Assembly (NCBI GenBank): GCA_013152275.1
Contig: JAADGS010000057.1
Span: 1 to 50,659 of the forward strand
Direction: 5' to 3'
Source of the DNA: Actinomycetota bacterium
GTDB taxonomy: Bacteria > Actinomycetota > Acidimicrobiia > Spongiisociales > UBA4744
DNA: 50,659 bases
Part shown: positions 1-9,473 of the stretch, in pieces
Layout: the number at the start of each line of letters is the position of its first letter
How positions within the stretch are numbered: the stretch's first letter is position 1
Notes under the pieces: generated by a model
What the model was told of the DNA's origin: nothing
The model's input: the letters and a program-made list of their open reading frames with translations, nothing else
Databases searched by the model: none
Position numbers and translations under genes: made by a program

Positions 1-1008
1 GTCGACCACCGCGACCCCCTGGGACGCCGCGACGATCGTCACCGGAACCCGGGTGCCGTCGACGGTCGTCACGAACGGTTGGTTCGCCGCGTCCGAACCG
101 ATCGCCGCGACTGGCACCAACGGCCCAGACGTCACCGGGATCACGACCACCTCGGCACGAAAATCCGTCCTGTCGACCAGGTCCACCCACCGGGCGCACC
201 CCGACCCGCACACCGACCCTCCATCGATCCCGGTCAACAACAGATCCAACTGGCCGAACTCCGGCGACTCCACCGCCCGATCCACCCGAGCGTCCCACAC
301 CCCCTCCGGGAACGTCACCCGAACCTCGGCCGACAGCGGCACCAGGGTCCGCTGCTCGATCGACAACGGAATCCGAAACACCGGATCGTCGGGCACCACC
401 GACACGACCTCCTCCCCGCCGCTCAGACGCGCCCCCACCTCCAACACCTCGGCGAACACGACCCGCACCGGCAAGACAGGTACGAACACGACGTCACCGG
501 CCCGCACCACACCATCCGCCGCCACCCCCAACGACGACTGCCACACCTTCACCGCATCGCGGGTCGAGCGGCCGAACACCCCGTCCGGTTCCACCGACAA
601 CAACCCCAACCCGACAAGCAGACCCTGCAACTGGGCCACATCCGGCCCCACCGCCTTCAACGACAGATCGCGAAACGCCGGCACCGACCCTTGCGCGATC
701 ACCACCGGACGCAAATCCACCGTATACAACACATCGCCCGACGACACCGCACCGCCCACCCTCACCGGCATCGACGTCACCACACCCGACGCCCCATTAC
801 GACCAACCGGAGTCAAATCCCACTCCGCGACCGCGGTAAACGTCAACGACCGGCCAACCTCACCCTCCCCCACCGCATAGGTCACAGCCTCGGCCCCCGT
901 CAACGGATTCCCCGGCGGAACCAACGCCCTCCGGCCCGCCCAAAACCCCACCGCACCGACACCCACGATCGCCACCGCAACCCACAGCGCAACCCATCGA
1001 CGCTTCAT
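1..1008 (-). CDS. Peptidoglycan-binding-domain / membrane-fusion-like adaptor protein (runs off the left edge)
   Basis: Not in the ORF track; translated by hand. ATG at 1008 after GAGGAAGG gives MKRRWVALWVAVAIVGVGAVGFWAG (membrane anchor), GVVTSMPVRVGGAVSSGDVLYTVDLRPV (lipoyl-like hairpin) and GPDVAQLQGLL...DGVFGRSTRDAVKVWQ...LGVAADGVV (PG_binding_1 pattern). Open to position 1. Confidence 0.85.
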   Translation of the reverse strand, partial: MKRRWVALWVAVAIVGVGAVGFWAGRRALVPPGNPLTGAEAVTYAVGEGEVGRSLTFTAVAEWDLTPVGRNGASGVVTSMPVRVGGAVSSGDVLYTVDLRPVVIAQGSVPAFRDLSLKAVGPDVAQLQGLLVGLGLLSVEPDGVFGRSTRDAVKVWQSSLGVAADGVVRAGDVVFVPVLPVRVVFAEVLEVGARLSGGEEVVSVVPDDPVFRIPLSIEQRTLVPLSAEVRVTFPEGVWDARVDRAVESPEFGQLDLLLTGIDGGSVCGSGCARWVDLVDRTDFRAEVVVIPVTSGPLVPVAAIGSDAANQPFVTTVDGTRVPVTIVAASQGVAVVD

Positions 1009-1209
1009 CACACCTTCCTCATCACACCAGACACCACCGGTGAAGCCGGCCGGGCTCCCCGGAGACCTCCAACGGCACGCTTCCGGGTGGACTCCGACCG
1101 TACGACGATTGAGGATGACGTCCCAGCCGGAGCCCACCACATGACACAGCCCGTCGAACATCGACCCGCCACTCCACACACTCCAGTTTGTGTGCGTCGC
1201 CAGGCCGGT

Positions 1210-1893
1210 TCACGGTTGGGGACATAGCTCTTGGATTCTGTACCAGTCCGCTTGACTCATTCTCGGAACCGAGTTGTACGCAGTCCAGATGTCCTGACCG
1301 CCCATGTAGCTGTCGATGAACGTATCCAGTGACGGTGGATCGTCGACCGTGTACCCCTCGGCTTCAAGGCACGCCTTGGTGTCGACCTGTTGGTAATAGA
1401 ACTCGGTGACCTGCTCCTCCGTCATCGGTTCGGACGGTGGGATATGCAGCCCCGCCCAGCAGGCAGAGACCACCGCCAGAGCCATGTTTTGCTGGTCGAG
1501 CACGACCTGGTTGTAACCGATCCCGTTACCCGGGGGGATGACGGTCACCGGATACCCTTGGTCGTTGGCGCACTGCACCTCCAGCGCAGTGACCTCGACC
1601 CAGTCGACGTCATAGTACGAAACACCTGAGAAGTCTCCGTACCCGGTGATCGGATCCAGCGTCGGTATCGGCAACACATCGGCAAAAGGCACACCCGAAT
1701 CCCCATAATCGCTCAAGACGCCGGCACTGGTCGTGCCTGTCACCGTCGGAGACGTCTCCGTCACCGCAGTCGTCGTGGAGGCGCTCGACGACGTGGGTGA
1801 TGCTGCGTCACCGGGGGTGCACCCGGCCAGCATCACCAACAGCACCACACCCCCGACCCACAGTCTCAATCTAGTTTCTGTGCAGCGAACCAT
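1210..1893 (-). CDS. Lipoprotein with Thr/Ser linker and two repeated Cys-containing helical units
   Basis: Lipobox LAGC; T/S-rich linker; repeats QCANDQGYPV and ACLEAEGYTV; ends LCPQP; GAAGG before ATG 1893. Confidence 0.8.
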   Translation of the reverse strand: MVRCTETRLRLWVGGVVLLVMLAGCTPGDAASPTSSSASTTTAVTETSPTVTGTTSAGVLSDYGDSGVPFADVLPIPTLDPITGYGDFSGVSYYDVDWVEVTALEVQCANDQGYPVTVIPPGNGIGYNQVVLDQQNMALAVVSACWAGLHIPPSEPMTEEQVTEFYYQQVDTKACLEAEGYTVDDPPSLDTFIDSYMGGQDIWTAYNSVPRMSQADWYRIQELCPQP

Positions 1894-1901
1894 GTGACCT
1901 T

Positions 1902-2228
1902 CTAGCTGATGTCCGTGCACCAGCCGTGCGTATCGTTGTCATACAGCACGCCACCGAACTCATAGACGACCCAGTCGAAGGCAAAAGCATTCCCAATCGA
2001 CTGGTGGGTCCTCACAGTCGAGCCGTCGTTCCAACTCCCTCTGACACCTCCATACGGGTCGGCTTGATAGTGCTGGACCTGTCCTGACGACCTCGACTGG
2101 ATACCAGCGATGTAGGTACCGCAGTCCTGGTGGCCCTGCTTCTCAAGCGTCTGGATTGTTGCCCCAGCAGGCAATGCTGCCATCGCAGCCAACACGACAA
2201 CCAGTACGAGGACAGTGATTCGCTTCAT
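1902..2228 (-). CDS. Small secreted protein (108 aa), Sec signal plus mature part with two Cys
   Basis: Strong RBS GGAAAGGGGAG; MKRITVLVLVVVLAAMAALPAGA signal; stop lies just upstream of the lipoprotein start. Confidence 0.8.
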   Translation of the reverse strand: MKRITVLVLVVVLAAMAALPAGATIQTLEKQGHQDCGTYIAGIQSRSSGQVQHYQADPYGGVRGSWNDGSTVRTHQSIGNAFAFDWVVYEFGGVLYDNDTHGWCTDIS

Positions 2229-2383
2229 CTTGCGAACTCCCCTTTCCTGGATCTCACACCTCTCACTGTATGTATTCGCGAAAGAGCCGTCCTCTGTTCC
2301 CAAAGAGTGGAGATTCGGGCGCAAGGTTCCCGAACCGACGCAAGAATCTTCGTGCTGTCCTGGTTGCCCGCCGCTTCCGACTC

Positions 2384-2402
2384 CTGTCCGTATTCTGTCC
2401 GT
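2384..2402. repeat. 11-bp-period direct repeat CTGTCCGT x2 (integrase arm-site-like)
   Basis: ctgtccgt at 2384-2391 and 2395-2402. Confidence 0.45.
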
Positions 2403-2497
2403 CAGAGGAACAGGAATGGGCGAGAATCGACGGGCATTGACCGGTGGGTGAATGTCCAGGTCGCGGCAGGTTCTTGGGTCATTCCTCCTGGTCATCG

Positions 2498-2558
2498 GAA
2501 CCCGCCGTGTCAGGCGTATGACCTGTTGGTCGCAGGTTTGAGTCCTGCCGGGCTCACA
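2498..2558 (+). pseudogene. Degenerate tRNA 3' half / att-site remnant
   Basis: ggtc-GCAGG-tttgagt-CCTGC-cgggctc-a is a T-arm plus 3' acceptor strand; T-loop has TTT instead of TTC; no D-arm. Confidence 0.55.
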
Positions 2559-2914
2559 ACATGCGCCCAGGGAACCATGAGGAGAACCCCCGGACCAGGT
2601 GGTTCTTGTCGAGGATACCGGAGCTATCTGGCCTTGATATTCGCGGGGCGAACGATCCGAGCGACCCAGCTGTGCTCGGGTCGAGGCTTGGTGCATGGTC
2701 CACGCGGATCCAAGCCCGATCTGGTGCCGCGCCAGCCAACGTTCGGAGTGTCGATGGCGAGGCAGGGGCGTTGCTCACAAGGCCCTACAACGAAGGCACA
2801 CCTATGAGTGCGCCGAGGCGGAGAATGCAGTGAGCGGCGTTCCTGGCCGCCAGAACGGCGCCAAGGCTGCCTGACGGGGTGCTAGCTCGGCTCAGAGCCG
2901 CACAGAGTACACTG

Positions 2915-2936
2915 CCATTTGTGCTCCATTTGTGCT
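2915..2936. repeat. Tandem 11-bp repeat CCATTTGTGCT x2 downstream of the tRNA-Phe 3' end (arm-site-like)
   Basis: Exact duplication at 2915-2925 and 2926-2936. Confidence 0.55.
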
Positions 2937-3041
2937 GAGATGTTGAGAAACGTCGACAAAGGCCAGGTGGCGATGCGAAGTGTCACGAACGGGAAGCCCC
3001 AGCTAACGGGGCCAGAATAGCCTCCCACGCAGGGGTTTCGT

Positions 3042-3117
3042 TGGTGGCCAGGGGCAGAATCGAACTGCCGACCCCAGGTTTTTCAGACCTGTGCTCTTCC
3101 TACTGAGCTACCTGGCC
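3042..3117 (-). tRNA. tRNA-Phe(GAA)
   Basis: GGCCAGGTAGCTCAGTAGGAAGAGC...CTGAAAA...GGCAGTTCGATTCTGCCCCTGGCCACCA; full cloverleaf with encoded CCA. Confidence 0.97.
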
Positions 3118-3125
3118 GAGCAGGT

Positions 3126-3203
3126 TGGCGGGGACGACGGGATTTGAACCCGCGACCTCCGGCTTGACAGGCCGGCGTGAACTCCAGGCTTCACCACGCC
3201 CCC
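3126..3203 (-). tRNA. tRNA-Asp(GTC)
   Basis: GGGGGCGTGGTGAAGCCTGGAGTTCACGCCGGCCTGTCAAGCCGGAGGTCGCGGGTTCAAATCCCGTCGTCCCCGCCA. Confidence 0.97.
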
Positions 3204-3271
3204 AAGACCGCTCCACGGCGCAGCCGTGTAGACGGCGGCAGTATAGGGGGTCTGGAACCCGCCCGGGTTCG

Positions 3272-4288
3272 TCAGCCATGCCGCAGCAGAATCTTGCCGA
3301 ACTGGTCATTGCCCTGCATGCGGCCCAGAGCCGTGGGGAGATCGTCGAAGGCGAAGACGGAATCGACGAGGACCGGCACCTGTCCTGTGGCGACGAGGCG
3401 TGTTGTCGACGCGAACTCACCGAAGTCGTACATGGTCGACCCGATGATCTCGAGCTGTTTGAAGAACAACCTCGGAACGGTGAGTTCCACGGTCGTTCCT
3501 CCCGTTGCTCCACACGTGACGAGACGGCCGCCCTTCTCGAGGGAGCGAACAGAGGTGTCCCACGTCGGTTTGCCGACGTTCTCGAGCACGACATCGGCAC
3601 CGGCACCGGTAGCTGCTTTGAGGGCGCGGTCGTAACCCTCGTCGGAGAGGAACCCACCGTCCGCTCCCAGCGAGATCGCCTTCTCGATCTTCTCGGCATT
3701 CCGAGAAGTGACGAACACGGTCGCTCCCATCGCCTTGCCGATGAGCATCCCGGCGCTCGACACGCCGCCTCCGACGCCGATCACCAGCAGCACCTCACCG
3801 GCCTGAAGACGAGCCCTGCGCAGCATGCGGTACGCGGTCCCGTAGGCGAGACCGTACGCGCCCGCCTCCTCCCAGCTCAGTGACGAAGGTTTCGCCGTGA
3901 CGTTTCGGGCCGGGGCGACGACCTGTTCTGCGAAGGTCCCCCAGCGGTGCTCCCCGAGGATCTGATACGCATCACAGAATGGCGTATTCCCGCGCAGGCA
4001 CGCCGCACAGTGTCCGCAGGAGACCGACGGATTGACGATGACTTCATCGCCGATGGCCAATCCGGCGACATCTGCTCCGATGGCATCGACGACGCCTGCA
4101 CCGTCCGCGCCGGCGACGTGGGGGAGCGGGGGTTTCGGCATCCCCATGGACGACCAGATATCGAGGTGGTTGAGGGCCGATGTCTTCAGGTGAACTCGGA
4201 CCTCCCCGGGGCCAGGGCTGGGGGTCTGGACGTCCTCGAGTGTGAAGGAATCCGGTCCATCGATGTCGTGAAGGAGCCATGCTTTCAT
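3272..4288 (-). CDS. Zinc-binding medium-chain dehydrogenase / quinone oxidoreductase-like
   Basis: GADGAGVV motif, structural Zn site CGHCAAC...C, GVGGGV nucleotide-binding loop; start trimmed to MKAWLL. Confidence 0.9.
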   Translation of the reverse strand: MKAWLLHDIDGPDSFTLEDVQTPSPGPGEVRVHLKTSALNHLDIWSSMGMPKPPLPHVAGADGAGVVDAIGADVAGLAIGDEVIVNPSVSCGHCAACLRGNTPFCDAYQILGEHRWGTFAEQVVAPARNVTAKPSSLSWEEAGAYGLAYGTAYRMLRRARLQAGEVLLVIGVGGGVSSAGMLIGKAMGATVFVTSRNAEKIEKAISLGADGGFLSDEGYDRALKAATGAGADVVLENVGKPTWDTSVRSLEKGGRLVTCGATGGTTVELTVPRLFFKQLEIIGSTMYDFGEFASTTRLVATGQVPVLVDSVFAFDDLPTALGRMQGNDQFGKILLRHG

Positions 4289-4419
4289 GACAAGCAGCGT
4301 AGTAGCGGCCTGTTCCCGGGGTCGGGTCCAGAGTCCCTCGATCACTTTGCGAGGTCACTGAACCTCGTGTGTGAGACATGTCGGCGGCTGTGGTCGGCAG
4401 GCTGGTGGGCGGCTCGTCC

Positions 4420-4812
4420 TCAGAGTGCTGCGAGCGCCTCGGCGAACTCGGTCGGGAACCGGGTCGGCCTGCCGTCGAGGTCGGTGACCGCCGCGCGGAT
4501 CTCGAGCGTGGCGATCAACGTGTCATCTCGGAACATCCGCTGCTGCCACATGGACGAAGCGCGCCTTCGTTCTTTCACGGCCGTCTCGATCCGGAGCGTG
4601 TCACCGCCGACGGCCGGGACGAGGAACCGGGCGTCGGCCTCGACGACCACCACATGGATCCCCACTGCCGACATCTGATCCATGGCGAGCCCCACCGATT
4701 CGAGTGCCTCGATGCGTGCGGTCTCGAAGTAGCCGAAGTACGCGGTGTGGTTCACGTGGCTGTAGGGATCCAGTTCGTAGAAGCGAACTTTGAGGGTCGT
4801 CGTGTGTGCCAT
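4420..4812 (-). CDS. Acyl-CoA thioesterase (4HBT/YbgC hotdog family)
   Basis: VRFYELDPYSHVNHTAYFGYFETAR motif. Confidence 0.9.
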   Translation of the reverse strand: MAHTTTLKVRFYELDPYSHVNHTAYFGYFETARIEALESVGLAMDQMSAVGIHVVVVEADARFLVPAVGGDTLRIETAVKERRRASSMWQQRMFRDDTLIATLEIRAAVTDLDGRPTRFPTEFAEALAAL

Positions 4813-4878
4813 GAGTGGACAGGCTACTGCAGGCGTTCCCACGTGGGCGTAGCATTGCGCCGGGAGAGGAGACTCCAG

Positions 4879-5481
4879 ATGCTGCCGTGGCTCAACGTTG
4901 CGGTGATGGTCGGCGCCACGATCTTGACGTTCGTCTTCTATGTGGCGAGCGTCCGGCCGGCGGCGCTGTCGCGACGGATCGGTGCCGAAGCCGCCTATCG
5001 GACGTGCACGCGGTTCCGGGTCCTCTCCGCGGTGATGATGACGGTCGTCGGGATCAACTACGTGGTGTATGCGTTCTTCCCGTTGCCGTGGTCGTTCCCG
5101 AAGACGTTTCCCTGGCCCTACTGGGTGTCCGCGCTGATCGCCGTCGTTATCGCCATTCCTTCGGGCATCGTGTTCGCCCGCGGGATGAAGGACGCCGGCG
5201 AGGAGACCATGGTTCTCAAGGAACAGCACACCATGTACGGCGGAATCTACGAGAAGATCAGGCATCCACAGGCCGCGGGCGAGGTCTGGTACTGGTGGGT
5301 GATCGCCTTCCTGTGCCACTCACCCTTCCTGGCGATCTACTCGTTCGTGTGGCTTCCGCTGTTCCATCTCATGTCGCGGGCGGAGGAGCGTGATCTGTTG
5401 ATCAGATACGGGGACGACTACCGGGCCTACAGGGAACGCACGGGCATGTATCTCCCAAGACGGGCGCACACCGGCTCATAG
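4879..5481 (+). CDS. Isoprenylcysteine carboxyl methyltransferase / PEMT-family membrane protein
   Basis: GIYEKIRHPQ and EERDLLIRYGDDYRAYRERT motifs; several TM segments. Confidence 0.85.
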   Translation: MLPWLNVAVMVGATILTFVFYVASVRPAALSRRIGAEAAYRTCTRFRVLSAVMMTVVGINYVVYAFFPLPWSFPKTFPWPYWVSALIAVVIAIPSGIVFARGMKDAGEETMVLKEQHTMYGGIYEKIRHPQAAGEVWYWWVIAFLCHSPFLAIYSFVWLPLFHLMSRAEERDLLIRYGDDYRAYRERTGMYLPRRAHTGS

Positions 5482-6459
5482 GCCGACGACTCCGTCGGGG
5501 TCGATGCGGAAACGGATCGATGTGCCGGGCTCCTCGGCGTGGTCGAGGTCGGCCTGGAGGATCGTCCCGTCGGGCATTTCGAGGTGGGTCGTGTAGTGGC
5601 CTCCCCGGAAGCTGCGTTGCGCGACGACGGCTTCGAGCGGACCGTTCTCCGTGATGGCGTCCTGTCTGATGATCACCTGGTGTGGGCCGTCGGAGACTCC
5701 CGGGGCTTCGAACGTGCCCCACGGTGCAGTGGCGATCCCGCCGGACACGTTGACCGTGACCACGTTGGCGAATCCGAGGAACCGGGCCACCCATGCGTCC
5801 ACCGGTGCTCGCCACACCTGCTCGGGAGTACCGGCTTGGGCAACCGTGCCGTCTCGTAGGATGACGATCCAGTCGGCGATCCCGAATGCCTCCTCCTGGT
5901 CGTGGGTGACGTAGATCGCGGTGATGTTGTGAGTCACGAAGAGGTCTCTGAGCTCTGGAACGATCCGCTCTCTCAACGTCCGGTCGAGGGATCCGACGGG
6001 TTCGTCGAGCATCAGGACCTTGGGTTCGGGTGCGAGCGAACGAGCCAGGGCCACACGCTGCTGCTCACCGCCGGAGAGATGCCCGACGCCCCGATCTTCG
6101 TACCCTGCCAGCCCCACCCAGCGAAGCACCTCCGCGACTCTGCGGTCCACGTCGGGGCGGTCTTCGATGCCGAAGGCGACGTTTGCGCCGACGGTCATAT
6201 GCGGAAACAGGGCGTAGTCCTGGAACATCAGTCCGAAGCCTCGGGCATGTGGTGGTGTGTGGTCGAGTGGCTCTCCGTTCCAGGCGATGGATCCGGAGTC
6301 GGGGCGTTGCAGGCCGGCGATGGTTCGCAGTAGCGTCGTCTTTCCACTTCCGCTGGGACCGAGGATCGCGACGACCGTTCCGTCCGTCACGGTCAGGTTC
6401 ACATCGTGGAGGAATGGCACTCCTGCGAAGGAGACGGCGAGGTCCTTCACTTCGAGCAT
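5476..6459 (-). CDS. thiQ: Thiamine ABC transporter ATP-binding subunit
   Basis: GPSGSGKT, LSGGEQQR, LLDEP-like (MLDEP); last gene of the TPP-riboswitch operon. Confidence 0.85.
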   Translation of the reverse strand: MLEVKDLAVSFAGVPFLHDVNLTVTDGTVVAILGPSGSGKTTLLRTIAGLQRPDSGSIAWNGEPLDHTPPHARGFGLMFQDYALFPHMTVGANVAFGIEDRPDVDRRVAEVLRWVGLAGYEDRGVGHLSGGEQQRVALARSLAPEPKVLMLDEPVGSLDRTLRERIVPELRDLFVTHNITAIYVTHDQEEAFGIADWIVILRDGTVAQAGTPEQVWRAPVDAWVARFLGFANVVTVNVSGGIATAPWGTFEAPGVSDGPHQVIIRQDAITENGPLEAVVAQRSFRGGHYTTHLEMPDGTILQADLDHAEEPGTSIRFRIDPDGVVGL

Positions 6460-8084
6460 CAGAAATCACCCAACTCGCCGAACCGGAACCGCTCGATGAG
6501 GAGTATCGAGAGTGCGGTGAGCACCATGAGCACCGTTGCGAGTGCCAGCGCCTGATCGAGGGTGCCCGGTCGTCCGAGCAGACGGAAGATCGCGATCGGC
6601 AGCGTGGGCGTCGCCGGCCGGGCAATGAAACTCGTGGCGCCGAACTCTCCGAGGGATATGGCGAACGCGAACCCTGCGCCGACCAGTCCGGCGCGAAACA
6701 CCATCGGGAGGTCGATCCGTCGCCACACGCGGGAGGGGGGAGCGCCGAGCATTGCCGCAGCTTCGCGCAGCTTCTCCTTCACGGACCGCATTACCGGGAC
6801 GGCGGTTCGCACGACGAACGGGATTGCGACGAGCGCGTGGGCGATCGGTATCAGCACCGGTGAGGTCCTCAGGTCGACCGGTCGTCCGAGCGCCACGAGG
6901 AAACCGAACCCGATCGTCACCGCGGACGTGCCGAGGGGGAGCATCAGCAGCACGTCGAAGGCTCTGGAGAGAAGACCCGTCCGGTAGGCGACGATTGCCG
7001 CAGCCGCCATGCCGACGGTCACGGCAATCACGGTCGCCGCGAAGGCGAAGAGGATCGAGTTCCGGATGGCTTCCACCGGTGGGACGAAGAGGGCGGAGGT
7101 CGGTGTGGCGAGGGATCGGTAGGCGGCGAGCCCGAACCCGGCGTCGGTCCGCAGGGAGCGTTCGATGAGTACCGCCAGGGGGGTTCCGAGGAAGAGACCG
7201 GTGAAGCCAAGGGTGATACCGACGATGGCCCGGTCGCGCAACGTCCTGGGTGTCCGTGAGACTTCCTGTGCCGGGCGCAGCGGCAGTTCGATCATGCGCC
7301 GCTGTTGGTAGCGCGAGTACGCGAACAGGATCGACGTGACGCCGACGAGTTGAATCACGGCGAGTGCACTCGCGATCGGCAACTGCAGATAGGAGATCGT
7401 CTGGCGCCAGATCTCGACTTCGATCGTGGCGAAGCGAAGACCTCCGAGGATGAGGATCACTCCGAAGGACGTGAAGGTGAACAGGAACACGATCGATCCT
7501 GCCGCCGCCAGTGCAGGGCGGAGCAGCGGCAGTGTGACGGTGCGGAACGTGCGCCAGCGTCCCGCGCCCAGCATTCGTGCCGCCTCTTCGAGTCGAGGAT
7601 CGAGATTCGCCCAGAACCCGCCGACGGTGCGCACGACGATGGCGTAGTTGAAGAAGACATGGGCGATGAGGATGAGCCACACGGTGCCGCTGAGATCGAT
7701 CAGTCCGGTCGGTCCGAGGAGTGCCAGAAAGGCCGTGCCGACGACCACGGTCGGGAGTACGAACGGAACGGTGATTGCTGCACGAAGCAGGTTCTTACCG
7801 GGGAACCGGTACCGCGCGAACACGTATGCGGTCGGCAACGCGACGACCAGTGTGAGCAGCATGGATGCGGTCGCCTGCCACACGGTGAACCAGATGGCAT
7901 TTCGCAGGGTGCCGCGGCGGAACACGTCGGCGAAAGGCGTCAGGTCGACGCGCCCCGCCTGGAGGAGACTCTTGGAGAGAATCGCTCCAAGCGGGTACGC
8001 GAAGAAGTAGCCAAGGAAGACGAGAGGGAGTACGACGAGGATGACGCCGCCGACACGCTCTCGTAGTCTGGCCGGGGTTCTCAC
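6459..8084 (-). CDS. thiP: Thiamine ABC transporter permease
   Basis: Two EAA loops (LEEAARMLGA, LREAAAMLGA); GTG start overlaps the thiB stop (GTGA). Confidence 0.88.
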   Translation of the reverse strand: MRTPARLRERVGGVILVVLPLVFLGYFFAYPLGAILSKSLLQAGRVDLTPFADVFRRGTLRNAIWFTVWQATASMLLTLVVALPTAYVFARYRFPGKNLLRAAITVPFVLPTVVVGTAFLALLGPTGLIDLSGTVWLILIAHVFFNYAIVVRTVGGFWANLDPRLEEAARMLGAGRWRTFRTVTLPLLRPALAAAGSIVFLFTFTSFGVILILGGLRFATIEVEIWRQTISYLQLPIASALAVIQLVGVTSILFAYSRYQQRRMIELPLRPAQEVSRTPRTLRDRAIVGITLGFTGLFLGTPLAVLIERSLRTDAGFGLAAYRSLATPTSALFVPPVEAIRNSILFAFAATVIAVTVGMAAAAIVAYRTGLLSRAFDVLLMLPLGTSAVTIGFGFLVALGRPVDLRTSPVLIPIAHALVAIPFVVRTAVPVMRSVKEKLREAAAMLGAPPSRVWRRIDLPMVFRAGLVGAGFAFAISLGEFGATSFIARPATPTLPIAIFRLLGRPGTLDQALALATVLMVLTALSILLIERFRFGELGDF

Positions 8085-9223
8085 TTTCGTAGGATCTCCG
8101 TCCACTCCTCGATCCAGCGTTCCCTGTTCTGTTCGATGAGGGCCGGGTCCAGCGACTCCGGGTGCTCGGGCAGTGTCGTGAATTCGATGAACTCGGGTGG
8201 CAGCTCGGCTTGGGAGTTCGCGGGGAAGACGAACATGTTCAGGGGGATGTCCTCCTGGAACTCTTTCGAGAGCATGAAGTCGATGAGTTTCCGGGCGGCG
8301 TCCGGATGTTCGGTGCCCGCGAGGATCCCTGCGAACTCGATCTGACGGAAGCACCCGTCGGTGATGACGCCTGTCGGCGCGCTGGTGAGCGGAGTCTCGG
8401 AGAAGATCACCTCTGCCGGCGGAGACGACGCGTAGGAGACGACCAGGGGCCGTATCCCATCCGACGCGGCGGAGAAGTCCGAGTAGTAGGCCTCCGTCCA
8501 TCCGCTGTCGACCTTGACTCCGTTTGCGGCCAAGTCCGCCCAGAAGTCCTTCCAGGTGTAGTCGCCCTCCTCGCCGAACTCGGCGATCGTTGCCAGCAGA
8601 AACGCCAGGCCGGGTGACGACGTCGCCGGATCTTCGACGACGAGCATGTCTCGATAGGCCGGGTCGGTCAGGTCGAGAAGTGAAGTCGGGACCGGGACAT
8701 CTCCTGTGAACGCCGCCTTGTCGTAATTGATGCAGACGTCGCCGAAGTCGATCGGTGTGACGTAGTGCTCGGGGTCGAGTTGGAGTGCCTTGGGCACCGT
8801 TGCCAGGCCCGGCGACTCATACGGATCGAAGATACCTTCCGACAAGGCCCTGGAGAGGAACGTGTTGTCGATACCGAACATCACGTCTGCGATCGGGTTG
8901 TCCTTCGTGAGGATCGTCTGATTGAGCATCGTCCCGGCATCGTCCGACCGCAACAGCTTGACGTTGATGCCGGTCTGGGAGGTGAAGTCTGCGAGGACAT
9001 TGTCCGAGACGGCAAACGCATCGTGGGTGAGCAGGACGATTTCGACGGGTTGGGTGGTCGTTGTCGTGGGTTGGGTGGTGGTCTCTCCGGGTTGGGCGGT
9101 GGTCTCGCTTGTTGTCGTACTCGTTTCCTTCGGTGCCGATCCTGTCGGGCTACATGCCGCGACGATCAGGGTCAGTGCAATGACAAGCCCGCCGAGACGA
9201 CGGACCTCTGGTGTTCTACGCAT
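8081..9223 (-). CDS. thiB: Thiamine ABC transporter substrate-binding lipoprotein
   Basis: Lipobox VAAC; THDAF, DFGDVCINYD, ATSSPGLAFL, VVSYASSP and CFRQIEFAG match the ThiB pattern. Confidence 0.92.
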   Translation of the reverse strand: MRRTPEVRRLGGLVIALTLIVAACSPTGSAPKETSTTTSETTAQPGETTTQPTTTTTQPVEIVLLTHDAFAVSDNVLADFTSQTGINVKLLRSDDAGTMLNQTILTKDNPIADVMFGIDNTFLSRALSEGIFDPYESPGLATVPKALQLDPEHYVTPIDFGDVCINYDKAAFTGDVPVPTSLLDLTDPAYRDMLVVEDPATSSPGLAFLLATIAEFGEEGDYTWKDFWADLAANGVKVDSGWTEAYYSDFSAASDGIRPLVVSYASSPPAEVIFSETPLTSAPTGVITDGCFRQIEFAGILAGTEHPDAARKLIDFMLSKEFQEDIPLNMFVFPANSQAELPPEFIEFTTLPEHPESLDPALIEQNRERWIEEWTEILRK

Positions 9224-9255
9224 GGTGCCTCCTTTGTGTTCGGAGGCCAGGCTGA

Positions 9256-9350
9256 GACAGCTTCCTACGCCGGCATTATCCGGTCAGGTTCCAACGGTCG
9301 GAGGCTCCAAGCCTCCTTCTCAGCCCGGTCAAACCGAGCTCCCGTGCGAT
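9256..9350 (-). promoter_or_regulatory. TPP riboswitch
   Basis: Minus strand GGGAGCTC...GCTGAGA...GACCGTTGGAACCTGACCGGATAATGCCGGCGTAGGAAG upstream of thiB. Confidence 0.95.
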
Positions 9351-9395
9351 GTCGATTGTAGCGGAACCGGCGGGAGGGACGCGACCCCGACAAAT

Positions 9396-9456
9396 CCTCC
9401 CGTTCTCGTGACGGTTGGGCGGGACTATTCCGGTGAACCGTCACGAGAACGGGAGG
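9396..9456. repeat. REP-like hairpin, copy 1 (21-bp perfect inverted repeat)
   Basis: cctcccgttctcgtgacggtt ... aaccgtcacgagaacgggagg; loop contains gggactattcc. Confidence 0.85.
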
Positions 9457-9473
9457 GGGGTGCTCGTGTTCGG

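Noticed and set aside
53..1227. Plus-strand ORFs of 275 and 382 aa
   Set aside because: Antisense shadows of the minus-strand PG-binding protein; low-complexity T/P/R/H content.
2240..2380. c-di-AMP (ydaO) riboswitch upstream of the secreted peptide
   Set aside because: Only isolated GAATC/GGAAC words; the remaining conserved blocks are absent. A GGAAC-N17 ECF-type promoter is possible but unproven.
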